From positions 1 to 20,302 of the forward strand of contig JBKPAK010000169.1 of the NCBI GenBank assembly GCA_046726415.1: DNA of 20,302 nt. Reading direction: 5' to 3'. How positions within the stretch are numbered: the first letter of the stretch is position 1; each line of letters begins with the position of its first letter. This DNA comes from Candidatus Methylomirabilota bacterium (GTDB lineage: Bacteria; Methylomirabilota; Methylomirabilia; Rokubacteriales; CSP1-6). The notes under the pieces were generated by a model, which saw only the letters and a program-made list of their open reading frames with translations, had not been told where the DNA came from and searched no databases. Shown piece by piece: positions 8,310 to 16,463 of the stretch. Made by a program: the position numbers and the translations under genes.

Positions 8310-9124
8310 GGCTCCGGCACCGCGCGTGGGACGTCGTCGTCCTGGCCCTCCTCGGCGTCTACGCCATCCCGTATGCCTGGCAGGCGCTCACGTCCGTGAA
8401 GCCGGAGGCCGAGCTCTTGCAGCTGCCTCCCGTGCTGCCCACGCGGTTTACCCTGGAGCACTACCAGGTCGTCTTCGAGCGCAGCGTCCTTCCGCGTGCT
8501 CTGGGCAATAGCCTCGCCGTGGCCGTGATGACGACCGCCGTGGTCGTGCTGCTCGGACTGCTCGCCGCCTACGCCATCGCGCGGACTCCGATTCCCGCCA
8601 AGAGCTGGCTCTTGCTCGGCGTGGTCGCCGCCACCGCCTTTCCCCAGATCGCCACCGTAAGCCCGCTCTATCTCGTGATGCGCGCCTTCGCCCTGCGCGA
8701 CACGTGGACGGCGCTCGTCCTCGCCCACACCGCGCTGGGGTTGCCGATCGTGATCTGGCTCCTGGCCGGCTTCATCCGCGAGATTCCACAGGAGCTGGAG
8801 CAAGCGGCCGCGCTCGACGGGGCCCGGCGGGTGGAGATCTTCCGCTGGATCGTGCTTCCCCTGGTGGCGCCCGGCGCGGCGTCAGTGGCGTTGATGACGT
8901 TCCTGCTGAGCTGGAACGAGTTCCTGTACGCCTACACGTTCAGCGCCACCGAGGCCAGCCGGACGGTGCCGGTGGCCCTGGCCCTCTTTCCCGGCGTCTT
9001 CGAGGTGCCCTGGGGGGACATCGCCGCTGCCTCGATCCTCGCCAGCCTGCCGCCGGTGATCATCGTGCTGGCTCTGCAACGCTACCTGGTGCGCGGGCTA
9101 CTGGCCGGTGCCCTGCGCGAGTGA
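8306..9124 (+). CDS. Carbohydrate ABC transporter permease (MalG/UgpE-like), 272 aa
   Basis: GTGA overlap. FTLEHY, LGNSL, AAYAIAR, EAA motif IPQELEQAAALDGA, WNEFLYA, LQRYLVRGLLAGA. Confidence 0.93.
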   Translation: MRLRHRAWDVVVLALLGVYAIPYAWQALTSVKPEAELLQLPPVLPTRFTLEHYQVVFERSVLPRALGNSLAVAVMTTAVVVLLGLLAAYAIARTPIPAKSWLLLGVVAATAFPQIATVSPLYLVMRAFALRDTWTALVLAHTALGLPIVIWLLAGFIREIPQELEQAAALDGARRVEIFRWIVLPLVAPGAASVALMTFLLSWNEFLYAYTFSATEASRTVPVALALFPGVFEVPWGDIAAASILASLPPVIIVLALQRYLVRGLLAGALRE

Positions 9125-9145
9125 GCGCAAGGTCGAGGAGTGCCC

Positions 9146-10327
9146 TCAGCGCGAGATGGTGCCGCGGCCGCCGTAGTGATACTCGTCCACCCAAGGCTTG
9201 CCCTCGGCGAATCGCGTCGATCGGAAGGGCCTGAGATCCACCGTGCGCGGCTGCCCGTCCACGATCCACTCGGCCAGGCACTTGCCGATGGCGGGTGACG
9301 TCTTGAAGGATGTCCCCGAGTCACCCAGCATCACGTAGAGCCCGTGCACCGAGGGGATGTGGTCGATGATGGGCCGCCCGTCTGGACTCATCATGATCAT
9401 GCCCGCCCAGCCCCCGCGCATGGTGGCGCTGGCGAACAGCGGGAGGCGGGCAGAGAGCTTCTCGCGGCAGAGCTTGACGTAGTCGTGATCGACGCCCTCG
9501 TCGAAGTGATTAGGATCCGCGTGGCTCACGCCCAGTTCCACGCCGATGAGCGTCGACGACCATCCTTCCGGCCGCATCCACGAGTGGTGGATCGAATCGA
9601 TGATCACGATGTGAGGCCGCTCGCGGGCCTCCTCTGGCCAGCGAAAGACGGCGATCTGGACGCGATGAGGCCGAAGCCCGAAGTCGAGGCCCAGCGGCGC
9701 CAACAGCGCGTTGCCCCAGGCGCCGGGCACCAGCACCACCACCGGCGTATCGATGCGCCCTTGCGAGGTCTCGACCCCCACCACCCGGTGTCCCGCGCTG
9801 ACGATCGACGTGACCTCACACTCGGTGCGGATCGACACGCCCAGCTTCCGGGCGGCGGCCGCGAAGGCAAAGGTCGTGGCATTGGGATCGGCAAAGCCGG
9901 AGTCGGGTTCCCAGGCGGCGGCGCCGATGTCGTCGACGCGAATGCCCGGCATCAGGCGGCGCAGGTCGTCGGGGGAGATGATGGTGGTCTTGATGCCGAT
10001 GCGCTCCTGGGCGTCGACGTTGCGGGTCAGCGCATCCTCGTACCCGCGCGCCACGATCTGCACGAAGCCGATGGGCTGAAAGCCGCAGTCAAACCCCACG
10101 ATCTCCCGGAAGTTCCGGAACACCTTCAGGCTCTCGAAGGCCAGGCGCGACTCGGCTTCGTTGGTGTAGTGCGTGCGCACCAGCGATCCCGACTTGCCGG
10201 TAGCGCCCGAGGCCAGCGCGCGCCGCTCCACGAGGATCACCCTCCGCATGCCCTGTGAAGCCAGGTGAAAGGCGGTGCTGGTGCCGTTCGCTCCACCCCC
10301 GATGATCACCGCGTCAGCGCTTGCCAT
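9146..10327 (-). CDS. FAD-dependent oxidoreductase, DAO / sarcosine oxidase beta-subunit-like
   Basis: Rossmann motif VIIGGGANG..TAFHLA, VERRALASGATGKSG, GFADP, WAG....SPDGRPII, GDSGTSFKTSPAIG. Confidence 0.92.
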   Translation of the reverse strand: MASADAVIIGGGANGTSTAFHLASQGMRRVILVERRALASGATGKSGSLVRTHYTNEAESRLAFESLKVFRNFREIVGFDCGFQPIGFVQIVARGYEDALTRNVDAQERIGIKTTIISPDDLRRLMPGIRVDDIGAAAWEPDSGFADPNATTFAFAAAARKLGVSIRTECEVTSIVSAGHRVVGVETSQGRIDTPVVVLVPGAWGNALLAPLGLDFGLRPHRVQIAVFRWPEEARERPHIVIIDSIHHSWMRPEGWSSTLIGVELGVSHADPNHFDEGVDHDYVKLCREKLSARLPLFASATMRGGWAGMIMMSPDGRPIIDHIPSVHGLYVMLGDSGTSFKTSPAIGKCLAEWIVDGQPRTVDLRPFRSTRFAEGKPWVDEYHYGGRGTISR

Positions 10328-10342
10328 TCACGTGCTCCCGAG

Positions 10343-10431
10343 CCTTGATCGCTCTTGGCATGAGAACTTCTTCCGGACCTTGATCGCTGTTGGCACTGGG
10401 AACCCTTTCTGCACCTCGATCGTTCTTGACA
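10343..10431. repeat. Degenerate 35-36-bp tandem repeat with an 18-bp core, three cores, in a divergent promoter region
   Basis: CCTTGATCGCTCTTGGCA (10343-10360), CCTTGATCGCTGTTGGCA (10378-10395), CCTCGATCGTTCTTGACA (10414-10431). Confidence 0.8.
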
Positions 10432-10455
10432 CGGCCGCCCGCAGGCCGGATAAAT
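10426..10455 (+). promoter_or_regulatory. Candidate sigma70 promoter of the peptide ABC operon
   Basis: TTGACA at 10426-10431, then 17 bp, then GATAAAT. The -10 is imperfect. Confidence 0.4.
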
Positions 10456-10537
10456 GCCGCTACGGCCCCGCCGAGCATTCCGCGGCCGCTGGCATCGATG
10501 CCGTGTCCGTCCCAACACTATCCCCGATGGAGGGCGT

Positions 10538-12079
10538 ATGGTCCAGATCGCTCGACGTGACCTTCTCAGGGGCGCGGCCGCCCTCGGCGCCGTTGGCCTT
10601 CTGCCCGATGGCCGCCCCGCTTTCGCCCAGACCACCCAGAAGCGCGAACTGGTGGTGGCCCAGGGCGGCGACATTGCGTTCCTCGACCCCCACATGAGCA
10701 CCTCGTCCAACGACATCCGCGTCTCCTTCAACCTGTACGACAACCTCGTGAGCCGGCATCCCGATGGCAAGCTCCATCCGGGGCTGGCCACCGAGTGGAA
10801 ACTCACCGCGCCGACCACCTGGACGTTCAAGATCCGCCAGGGGGTCAAATGGCACAATGGCGATCCCTTCACCGCCGGCGATGCCAAGTGGAGCCTCGAG
10901 CGCACCCGGGACCCGAACGTGAAGACGCGCGTGAGCACGGTGTTCACGACGATCGACCGAATCGAAGCGCCGAATGCCGGCACCCTCATCATCCACACCA
11001 AGAAGCCGGACCCGCTCCTGCCCGCCCGCCTGGCCTTCTACGGCGGCCAGATCGTCCCCCAGAAATACCTCGAGGCGGTGGGCAACGAGGCCTTCAACAC
11101 CAAGCCGGTCGGCACCGGGCCGGTGCGCTTCGTATCGTGGACGAAGGATGACAAGGTCGTGCTCGACGCGAACCCGGACTACTGGGGCGGCAAGCCGGAC
11201 TTCGACCGCATGATCGTGCGGGCCGTACCCGAGATGGCGCCGCGAATCGCCGCCCTGCTCAAGGGCGAGGTCGATCTGATCACCCAGCTCCCTCCCGATC
11301 ACGGCGAGAAGGTGAACGCCAACCCGTCCACCCGGATGATCGGGGCGCTGTACGCGGGCCTCTACGTGCTCGCCGTCAACAGCAAGGTGACGCCGCTCAA
11401 CAACCCGCTCGTGAAGCAGGCGCTCGCTCTCGGCATCGACCGCGAGCTGATCGTCAAGGAGCTGTGGCGCGGACGCGGCATCGTGCCGAGCGGCCCCATC
11501 GCCAAGGGTGACAACCACTTCGACGCCTCGCTGCCGCCCCTTGCCTACAACCCCAGGGAGGCGCGCGAGCGATTGAAGAAGTCCGGCTACAAGGGCGAGG
11601 ACGTGGTCATCGAAACCACCGCGGGCTACCTCGCCAACGACAAGCCCATGGCCGAGGCCATCCAGGGCATGTGGCGGGACATCGGCGTCAGCGCCAAGGT
11701 GGAAGTGCTCGAATACTCCGTGCGCGCGCAGAAACTCCGGGAGAAGAGCTTCAAAGGCGTGTGGTGGTCGGACCCCACCTCGACCCTGAGCGATCCCGAC
11801 GGCATGATGTGGCGCCTGCTGGGGCCCGGCGGGCCCCAGGACTACTGGCGCCAGGCGCGCTTCGACGAGCTGGGGGACGCCGCCCGCTTCTCCGTCGACG
11901 AGAAGTTCCGGGGCGAGGCCTATCGGGAGATGACCAAGATATTCCTCGAGAATCTCCCATGGCTGCCCGTCATCCAGCCCTACGAAGACTACGGGCTCCA
12001 GAAATACGTGGAGTGGACGGCGAATCCGAATCAACAGCTCGAAGTCCGTCGCTTCAACTTCAAGTTCCGTCGGGCCTGA
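10538..12079 (+). CDS. Peptide/nickel ABC family-5 substrate-binding protein (DppA/GsiB-like), Tat-exported, 513 aa
   Basis: Start at ATG 10538 after SD GGAGG. Tat signal ARRDLLRGAAALG. Motifs LDPH, LYDNLV, PGLATEW, IRQGVKWHNGDPFTAGDAKWSLER, PVGTGP. Confidence 0.94.
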   Translation: MVQIARRDLLRGAAALGAVGLLPDGRPAFAQTTQKRELVVAQGGDIAFLDPHMSTSSNDIRVSFNLYDNLVSRHPDGKLHPGLATEWKLTAPTTWTFKIRQGVKWHNGDPFTAGDAKWSLERTRDPNVKTRVSTVFTTIDRIEAPNAGTLIIHTKKPDPLLPARLAFYGGQIVPQKYLEAVGNEAFNTKPVGTGPVRFVSWTKDDKVVLDANPDYWGGKPDFDRMIVRAVPEMAPRIAALLKGEVDLITQLPPDHGEKVNANPSTRMIGALYAGLYVLAVNSKVTPLNNPLVKQALALGIDRELIVKELWRGRGIVPSGPIAKGDNHFDASLPPLAYNPREARERLKKSGYKGEDVVIETTAGYLANDKPMAEAIQGMWRDIGVSAKVEVLEYSVRAQKLREKSFKGVWWSDPTSTLSDPDGMMWRLLGPGGPQDYWRQARFDELGDAARFSVDEKFRGEAYREMTKIFLENLPWLPVIQPYEDYGLQKYVEWTANPNQQLEVRRFNFKFRRA

Positions 12080-12087
12080 TGGGTCTC

Positions 12088-12115
12088 CGAGCCGGGGCGA
12101 CACCGCCCCGGTTCG
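12088..12115 (+). other. Intercistronic stem-loop after the SBP gene (mRNA stabiliser or partial terminator)
   Basis: CGAGCCGGGGCG-acac-CGCCCCGGTTCG forms a 12-bp stem with one G-U pair. No U tract follows. Confidence 0.65.
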
Positions 12116-12121
12116 CACCGC

Positions 12122-13048
12122 ATGCGTGACCTCGTCGGTTTTCTCAGCACCCGACTGGTCCGGGCCCTGATCGCCGTCTGGCTCGTCTGCACCGTCGTCT
12201 TCCTGGTCATGCGGCTCAGTGGCGACCCGGTGCCGCTGCTCCTACCCCCGGACGCACCGCGCAGCGAGATCTTCCGCGTGCGCGCAGAGCTGGGGCTCGA
12301 CCAGCCGCTGCCCGTGCAGTACGCGGTGTTCCTCGGCAATGTCCTCCGGGGCGACTTCGGGCGCTCCATCCACTTCCGCGAGCCGGCGTTCTCGGTGGTG
12401 GTGGCGCGCATCCCGGCCACCCTGGAGCTAGGGCTGACGGCCTTCGTGCTGGCCACGGCGGTGGCGGTGCCCGTCGGGCTCTTCTCGGCGGTGAAGCGCA
12501 ACTCGCCGCTCGACCACGCCGCAATGAGCCTGGCTCTGGTCGGACAATCGGCCCCCACGTTCTTTCTGGGAATCCTCTTCATCCTGGTGCTCTCGCTGAA
12601 GACCGGGCTCTTGCCCACCAGCGGGCGCGGCGGCTGGAATCACCTCGTCCTGCCGGCGTTGACCTTGGGGGCGTTCGCCATGGCCTCGATCGCCCGTCTC
12701 ACGCGGTCGGCCATGCTCGAGGTGCTGCGGGCCGACTACATCCGCACCGCCCGGGCCAAGGGGCTCTCGGAGATGCTCGTGGTCGCCAAGCACACGCTGC
12801 GGAACGCGGCGCTGCCCATCGTGACCATCACCGGACTGCAGTTCGGCACGCTCCTGGGCGGCGCCGTGGTCACCGAGACGGTGTTCGCCTGGCCAGGCAT
12901 CGGGCGGCTCGCCATTCAATCGATCTACAACCGCGACTATCCGATCGTGCAGTGCACGGTCTTCCTCTCGGCGCTCATGTTCATCGCGGTGAACCTCGCC
13001 ATCGACGTGATGTATGGCGTCCTCGATCCTCGCGTCCGCGCCCGTTGA
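12122..13048 (+). CDS. Peptide ABC transporter permease (DppB/GsiC-like)
   Basis: SGDP, LGLDQPLPVQY, GDFGRS, PATLEL, HLVLPALTL, RLTRSAMLEVL..DYIRTARAKG, VVTETVFAWPGIG, RDYP, LDPRV. Confidence 0.95.
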   Translation: MRDLVGFLSTRLVRALIAVWLVCTVVFLVMRLSGDPVPLLLPPDAPRSEIFRVRAELGLDQPLPVQYAVFLGNVLRGDFGRSIHFREPAFSVVVARIPATLELGLTAFVLATAVAVPVGLFSAVKRNSPLDHAAMSLALVGQSAPTFFLGILFILVLSLKTGLLPTSGRGGWNHLVLPALTLGAFAMASIARLTRSAMLEVLRADYIRTARAKGLSEMLVVAKHTLRNAALPIVTITGLQFGTLLGGAVVTETVFAWPGIGRLAIQSIYNRDYPIVQCTVFLSALMFIAVNLAIDVMYGVLDPRVRAR

Positions 13049-13910
13049 CGCCGCCGGCCGCGCGGCATCGGCCACCGGGCGCCGCATTCCGTGGCTGCCC
13101 GTGCTGGGGGCCGGCTTCCTGCTCCTGCTCGTCGCCGTGGCGGTGGCCGCGCCGCTCATCGCGCCACAGGATCCCACCCGGCAGTCCCTGCGCGCGCGCT
13201 TGGTGGGCCCGACGCTCGAGGCCGCCGACGGTCGCGCGCATCTGCTCGGCACCGATCATCTGGGACGCGACGTGCTGTCGCGGGTCATCTACGGGGCTCG
13301 GGTGTCGCTGATTGTGGGTTTCGCCGCGGTGCTGGTGGGCGGCATCGTCGGCGCGAGCCTCGGCATCACGGCCGGATTCCGGGCCGGCTGGCTCGACTCG
13401 GCGATCATGACGGTGGCCGATGCCCAGCTCGCCTTCCCGTTCATTCTGCTGGCCATCGGGATCATCGCCGTCCTCGGGCCCAGCTTCCCGACGCTCGTGG
13501 CGGTCATCGGCCTCTCGGGCTGGGTGGCCTACGCCCGCATTCTCCGCGCTCAGGTGCTGGCCCTGCGCTCGCGCGAGTTCGTCGAGGCGATCCACGTGCT
13601 GGGCGGCTCGGCCGCCCGTGTGATGCTCCGCCACATCGTGCCGAACGTGCTGTCCTCGCTGGTGGTCATCGCCACCCTCGAGCTCGCCCGCGCCATCGTC
13701 CTCGAAGCCACCCTCTCCTTTCTGGGGCTCGGCATCCAGCCGCCCACGCCCTCCTGGGGCGGCATGGTCCATGAGGGGCGAGAGTATCTGGACAGCGCCT
13801 GGTGGATCTCCACGGCGCCGGGCGTGGTGCTCATGCTCACGTCGCTCGTGGTGAGCCGCGTGGGCGATTGGCTGCGCGACGCCCTCGATCCGACCCTGCG
13901 GGGAGAGTGA
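13014..13910 (+). CDS. Peptide ABC transporter permease (DppC/GsiD-like)
   Basis: HLLGTDHLGRDVLSRVIYGARVSL, REFVEA, RHIVPN, EATLSFLGLG, PPTPSWG, GDWLRDALDP. The start overlaps the previous gene by 35 bp and is somewhat uncertain. Confidence 0.93.
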   Translation: MASSILASAPVDAAGRAASATGRRIPWLPVLGAGFLLLLVAVAVAAPLIAPQDPTRQSLRARLVGPTLEAADGRAHLLGTDHLGRDVLSRVIYGARVSLIVGFAAVLVGGIVGASLGITAGFRAGWLDSAIMTVADAQLAFPFILLAIGIIAVLGPSFPTLVAVIGLSGWVAYARILRAQVLALRSREFVEAIHVLGGSAARVMLRHIVPNVLSSLVVIATLELARAIVLEATLSFLGLGIQPPTPSWGGMVHEGREYLDSAWWISTAPGVVLMLTSLVVSRVGDWLRDALDPTLRGE

Positions 13911-13931
13911 GACCGACCACGCCACCGACAC

Positions 13932-13960
13932 TTGACGAGTCCAGGCCGAGTACCTAGAGT
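13932..13960 (+). promoter_or_regulatory. Sigma70-type promoter for the second family-5 SBP and the SDR
   Basis: TTGACG (13932-13937), 17 bp, TAGAGT (13955-13960). Confidence 0.6.
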
Positions 13961-14002
13961 GTCGCCACTGAGAGAACGACGCCACGGGAAGGGCAAACCG
14001 CC

Positions 14003-15547
14003 ATGATCCAGCTGCGCGCCGCCGCCGCGATGCTCGTCGCCCTGCTCCTCCCCGCCGCCGCGGCGGCCGCGCCTGAAGGCAAGGTCGTCATCGCCCAAGG
14101 CGTCGATCCGACCACCTTGGATCCGCAGTGGCATGAAGAGACGCCCGCCTACAACGTGCTCCTGAACATCTACGACACCCTGCTCTTCCGCGATAAGGAC
14201 CTCAAGATCGTCCCCTGGCTGGCCGAATCGTGGCGTCTCCTCAATCCGACCACCTGGGAGTTCGCGATCCGCAAGGGAGTCAAGTTCCACAACGGCGAGG
14301 AGGTCGACGCCGAGGCGGTGAAGTTCAGCCTCGATCGCATCCGCGATCCCGAGCTGAAGGGCCGTCAGGCCGGCTACTTCCGCCTGGTCACCTCGGTCGA
14401 CGTCATCGACAAGTACACCATTCGCGTCCTCACCTCGAAGCCCTATCCGACCTTGGAGAACCATCTCGCCCTGCGCGGCCACATCATGCCGCCGCGGCAC
14501 TTCCGCGGGAAGGACAAGGTGTTCGCCGATCGCCACCCGGTCGGAAGCGGTCCGTACCGGTTCGTCCGATGGGTCAAGGACGAGCACATCGAGCTGGAGG
14601 CCAACCCCGGCTGGTGGGGCGGCGCGCCGAAGATCAAGACGCTGGTGTTCCGTCCAATCCCCGAGCACGCGGTCCGCGTCGCCGCCCTGCAGGCGGGCGA
14701 GATCGACGTGGCGGTCAACATCCCGCCGCATCTGGTGCCCATCATCGAGAACCACCCGCGCCTCTACGTCTCCAAGGCGCCGAGCGTGCGCCCGATCTTC
14801 ATTCCGATCTACACGTATCAGTTCGACGCCGCCAACAAGCCGGTGGGACCGGTGGAGGGACCGACTCGCGACAAGCGCGTGCGGCAAGCGCTCCTGGCCG
14901 CCGCGAACGGCGACGAGATCGTGAAAACGGTGCTCGAGGGCAATGCCATCCGCACGGCCACTCCCCTCACTTCCAAGCACTTCGGCTTCGACCCGACCCT
15001 GGCTCCCGTGAAGTCCGACCCCGACCGGGCCCGCAAGCTGTTGGCCGACGCCGGGTACCCTCAGGGCATCGACCTCACGCTCAACTCGCCCGACGGCCGC
15101 TATTTGAAGGACAAGGAGGTCGCCGAAGCCGTGGCCGGCCAGCTCACCAAGAGCGGGATCCGCACGCGCGTGAAGACTCACGAGTGGACGACGTATCTGA
15201 GTCAACTCGTGTACCCCCACAAGGCCAACCCGATGTACCTGATTGGCTGGGGCAACACGACCTGGGATGCCGACGGCACTCTCGCCCCCCTCTTCCGCTC
15301 CGGGAACGTCCAGGCGAACTACCACAACCCCGACTTCGACGGCCTGATCGACGAAGCGCAGACGTCGGTCGACCCCAAGCGGCGACTGGAGCTGTACGCG
15401 CGAGCCCAGCGGATGATGCTCGACGACGGCGCCGTGCTTCCCCTCTACCAGCAGATCGACATCTACGGCGTCAGCAAGCGGGTGAACTTCCAGGCGCTGT
15501 CGTCCGAGCAACTCGTCGGCGTCTCGATGTCACTGCGCGCCAAGTAA
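14003..15547 (+). CDS. Second peptide ABC family-5 substrate-binding protein, Sec signal
   Basis: Ala-rich signal peptide. DPTTLDP, NIYDTL, PWLAESW, IRKGVKFHNGE, PVGSGPY, DKRVRQA, ARKLLADAGY. Confidence 0.94.
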   Translation: MIQLRAAAAMLVALLLPAAAAAAPEGKVVIAQGVDPTTLDPQWHEETPAYNVLLNIYDTLLFRDKDLKIVPWLAESWRLLNPTTWEFAIRKGVKFHNGEEVDAEAVKFSLDRIRDPELKGRQAGYFRLVTSVDVIDKYTIRVLTSKPYPTLENHLALRGHIMPPRHFRGKDKVFADRHPVGSGPYRFVRWVKDEHIELEANPGWWGGAPKIKTLVFRPIPEHAVRVAALQAGEIDVAVNIPPHLVPIIENHPRLYVSKAPSVRPIFIPIYTYQFDAANKPVGPVEGPTRDKRVRQALLAAANGDEIVKTVLEGNAIRTATPLTSKHFGFDPTLAPVKSDPDRARKLLADAGYPQGIDLTLNSPDGRYLKDKEVAEAVAGQLTKSGIRTRVKTHEWTTYLSQLVYPHKANPMYLIGWGNTTWDADGTLAPLFRSGNVQANYHNPDFDGLIDEAQTSVDPKRRLELYARAQRMMLDDGAVLPLYQQIDIYGVSKRVNFQALSSEQLVGVSMSLRAK

Positions 15548-15592
15548 CCTCCACCGCTCGGCGGAAAGCCTTCACCGACAGAGGAGACAACC

Positions 15593-16348
15593 ATGGGGAG
15601 ACTCAATGGCAAGGTGGCCCTGATCAGCGGCGGGGCGCGGGGACAGGGCGCCGCCGAGACGCGGTTGTTCGTCCGGGAGGGCGCCAGCGTCGTCTTCGGG
15701 GACATCCAGGATGACGACGGGAAGAAGGTCGAGTCGGAGATCCGGACCGCAGGCGGCGATGCGACCTACGTGCATCTGAACGTGACGCGCGAGGCGGACT
15801 GGCGGGCGGCCGTGGCCACGGCCGTCGAGCGGTACGGCAAGCTCGACGTGCTGGTCAACAACGCCGGCATCCTCATGCGAGCCAAGATCGAAGAAACGAC
15901 CGAGGAGGACTGGGACCGCATCATGGCGATCAACGTCAAGGGGGTCTTCCTGGGTACGAAGTGCGCGCTTCCAGCCATGCGACAGGCCGGTGGCGGCTCC
16001 ATCATCAATATCTCCTCCACGGCGGGACTGGTGGGGAGTCCGGGGGAGACGGCCGCCTATACCGCCACCAAGGGCGCCGTGCGCCTCTTCACGAAAGCCA
16101 CGGCCATCCAGCACGCCAAGGAGGGGATCCGCTGCAACTCCGTCCATCCAGGACCGATTGCCACGGACATGATCAAGGACATCCTGGGAGATCCTGCCGC
16201 CTGGGAGCAGCGCCTGCGGCGACTCCCTATGGGGCGGGTGGGGACGCCCGAGGACGTCGCCTATGGCGTCCTCTACCTCGCCTCAGACGAATCGTCCTAC
16301 GTGACGGGTAGCGAATTGGTGATCGACGGCGGCACGACGGCCGAGTAG
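15593..16348 (+). CDS. Classical short-chain dehydrogenase/reductase (3-alpha,20-beta-HSD / cyclopentanol dehydrogenase-like), likely NAD(H)-preferring
   Basis: [16 protein letters not shown], Asp at the end of beta2 (VFGD), NNAG, NISS, catalytic YTATK, NSVHPG, SYVTG..LVIDGG. Confidence 0.93.
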   Translation: MGRLNGKVALISGGARGQGAAETRLFVREGASVVFGDIQDDDGKKVESEIRTAGGDATYVHLNVTREADWRAAVATAVERYGKLDVLVNNAGILMRAKIEETTEEDWDRIMAINVKGVFLGTKCALPAMRQAGGGSIINISSTAGLVGSPGETAAYTATKGAVRLFTKATAIQHAKEGIRCNSVHPGPIATDMIKDILGDPAAWEQRLRRLPMGRVGTPEDVAYGVLYLASDESSYVTGSELVIDGGTTAE

Positions 16349-16463
16349 GACCCGCAGGGACCGCGGCCGCGCGAGAGCCCAGCGGCCCTACGCGGCGCAT
16401 CTCGCGAAAATCTCCCGGTTGCGATAGGCTTCTCACGGACAGCTTCGATCCAGGGAGGGACAG

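Noticed and set aside
10343..10431. Mini-CRISPR interpretation of the three 18-bp repeats
   Set aside because: Repeats and spacers are too short, the spacers resemble each other, and no cas genes are present.
16402..16430. Possible promoter TCGCGA-N17-TAGGCT upstream of the amidohydrolase
   Set aside because: The -35 is too poor to support a call.
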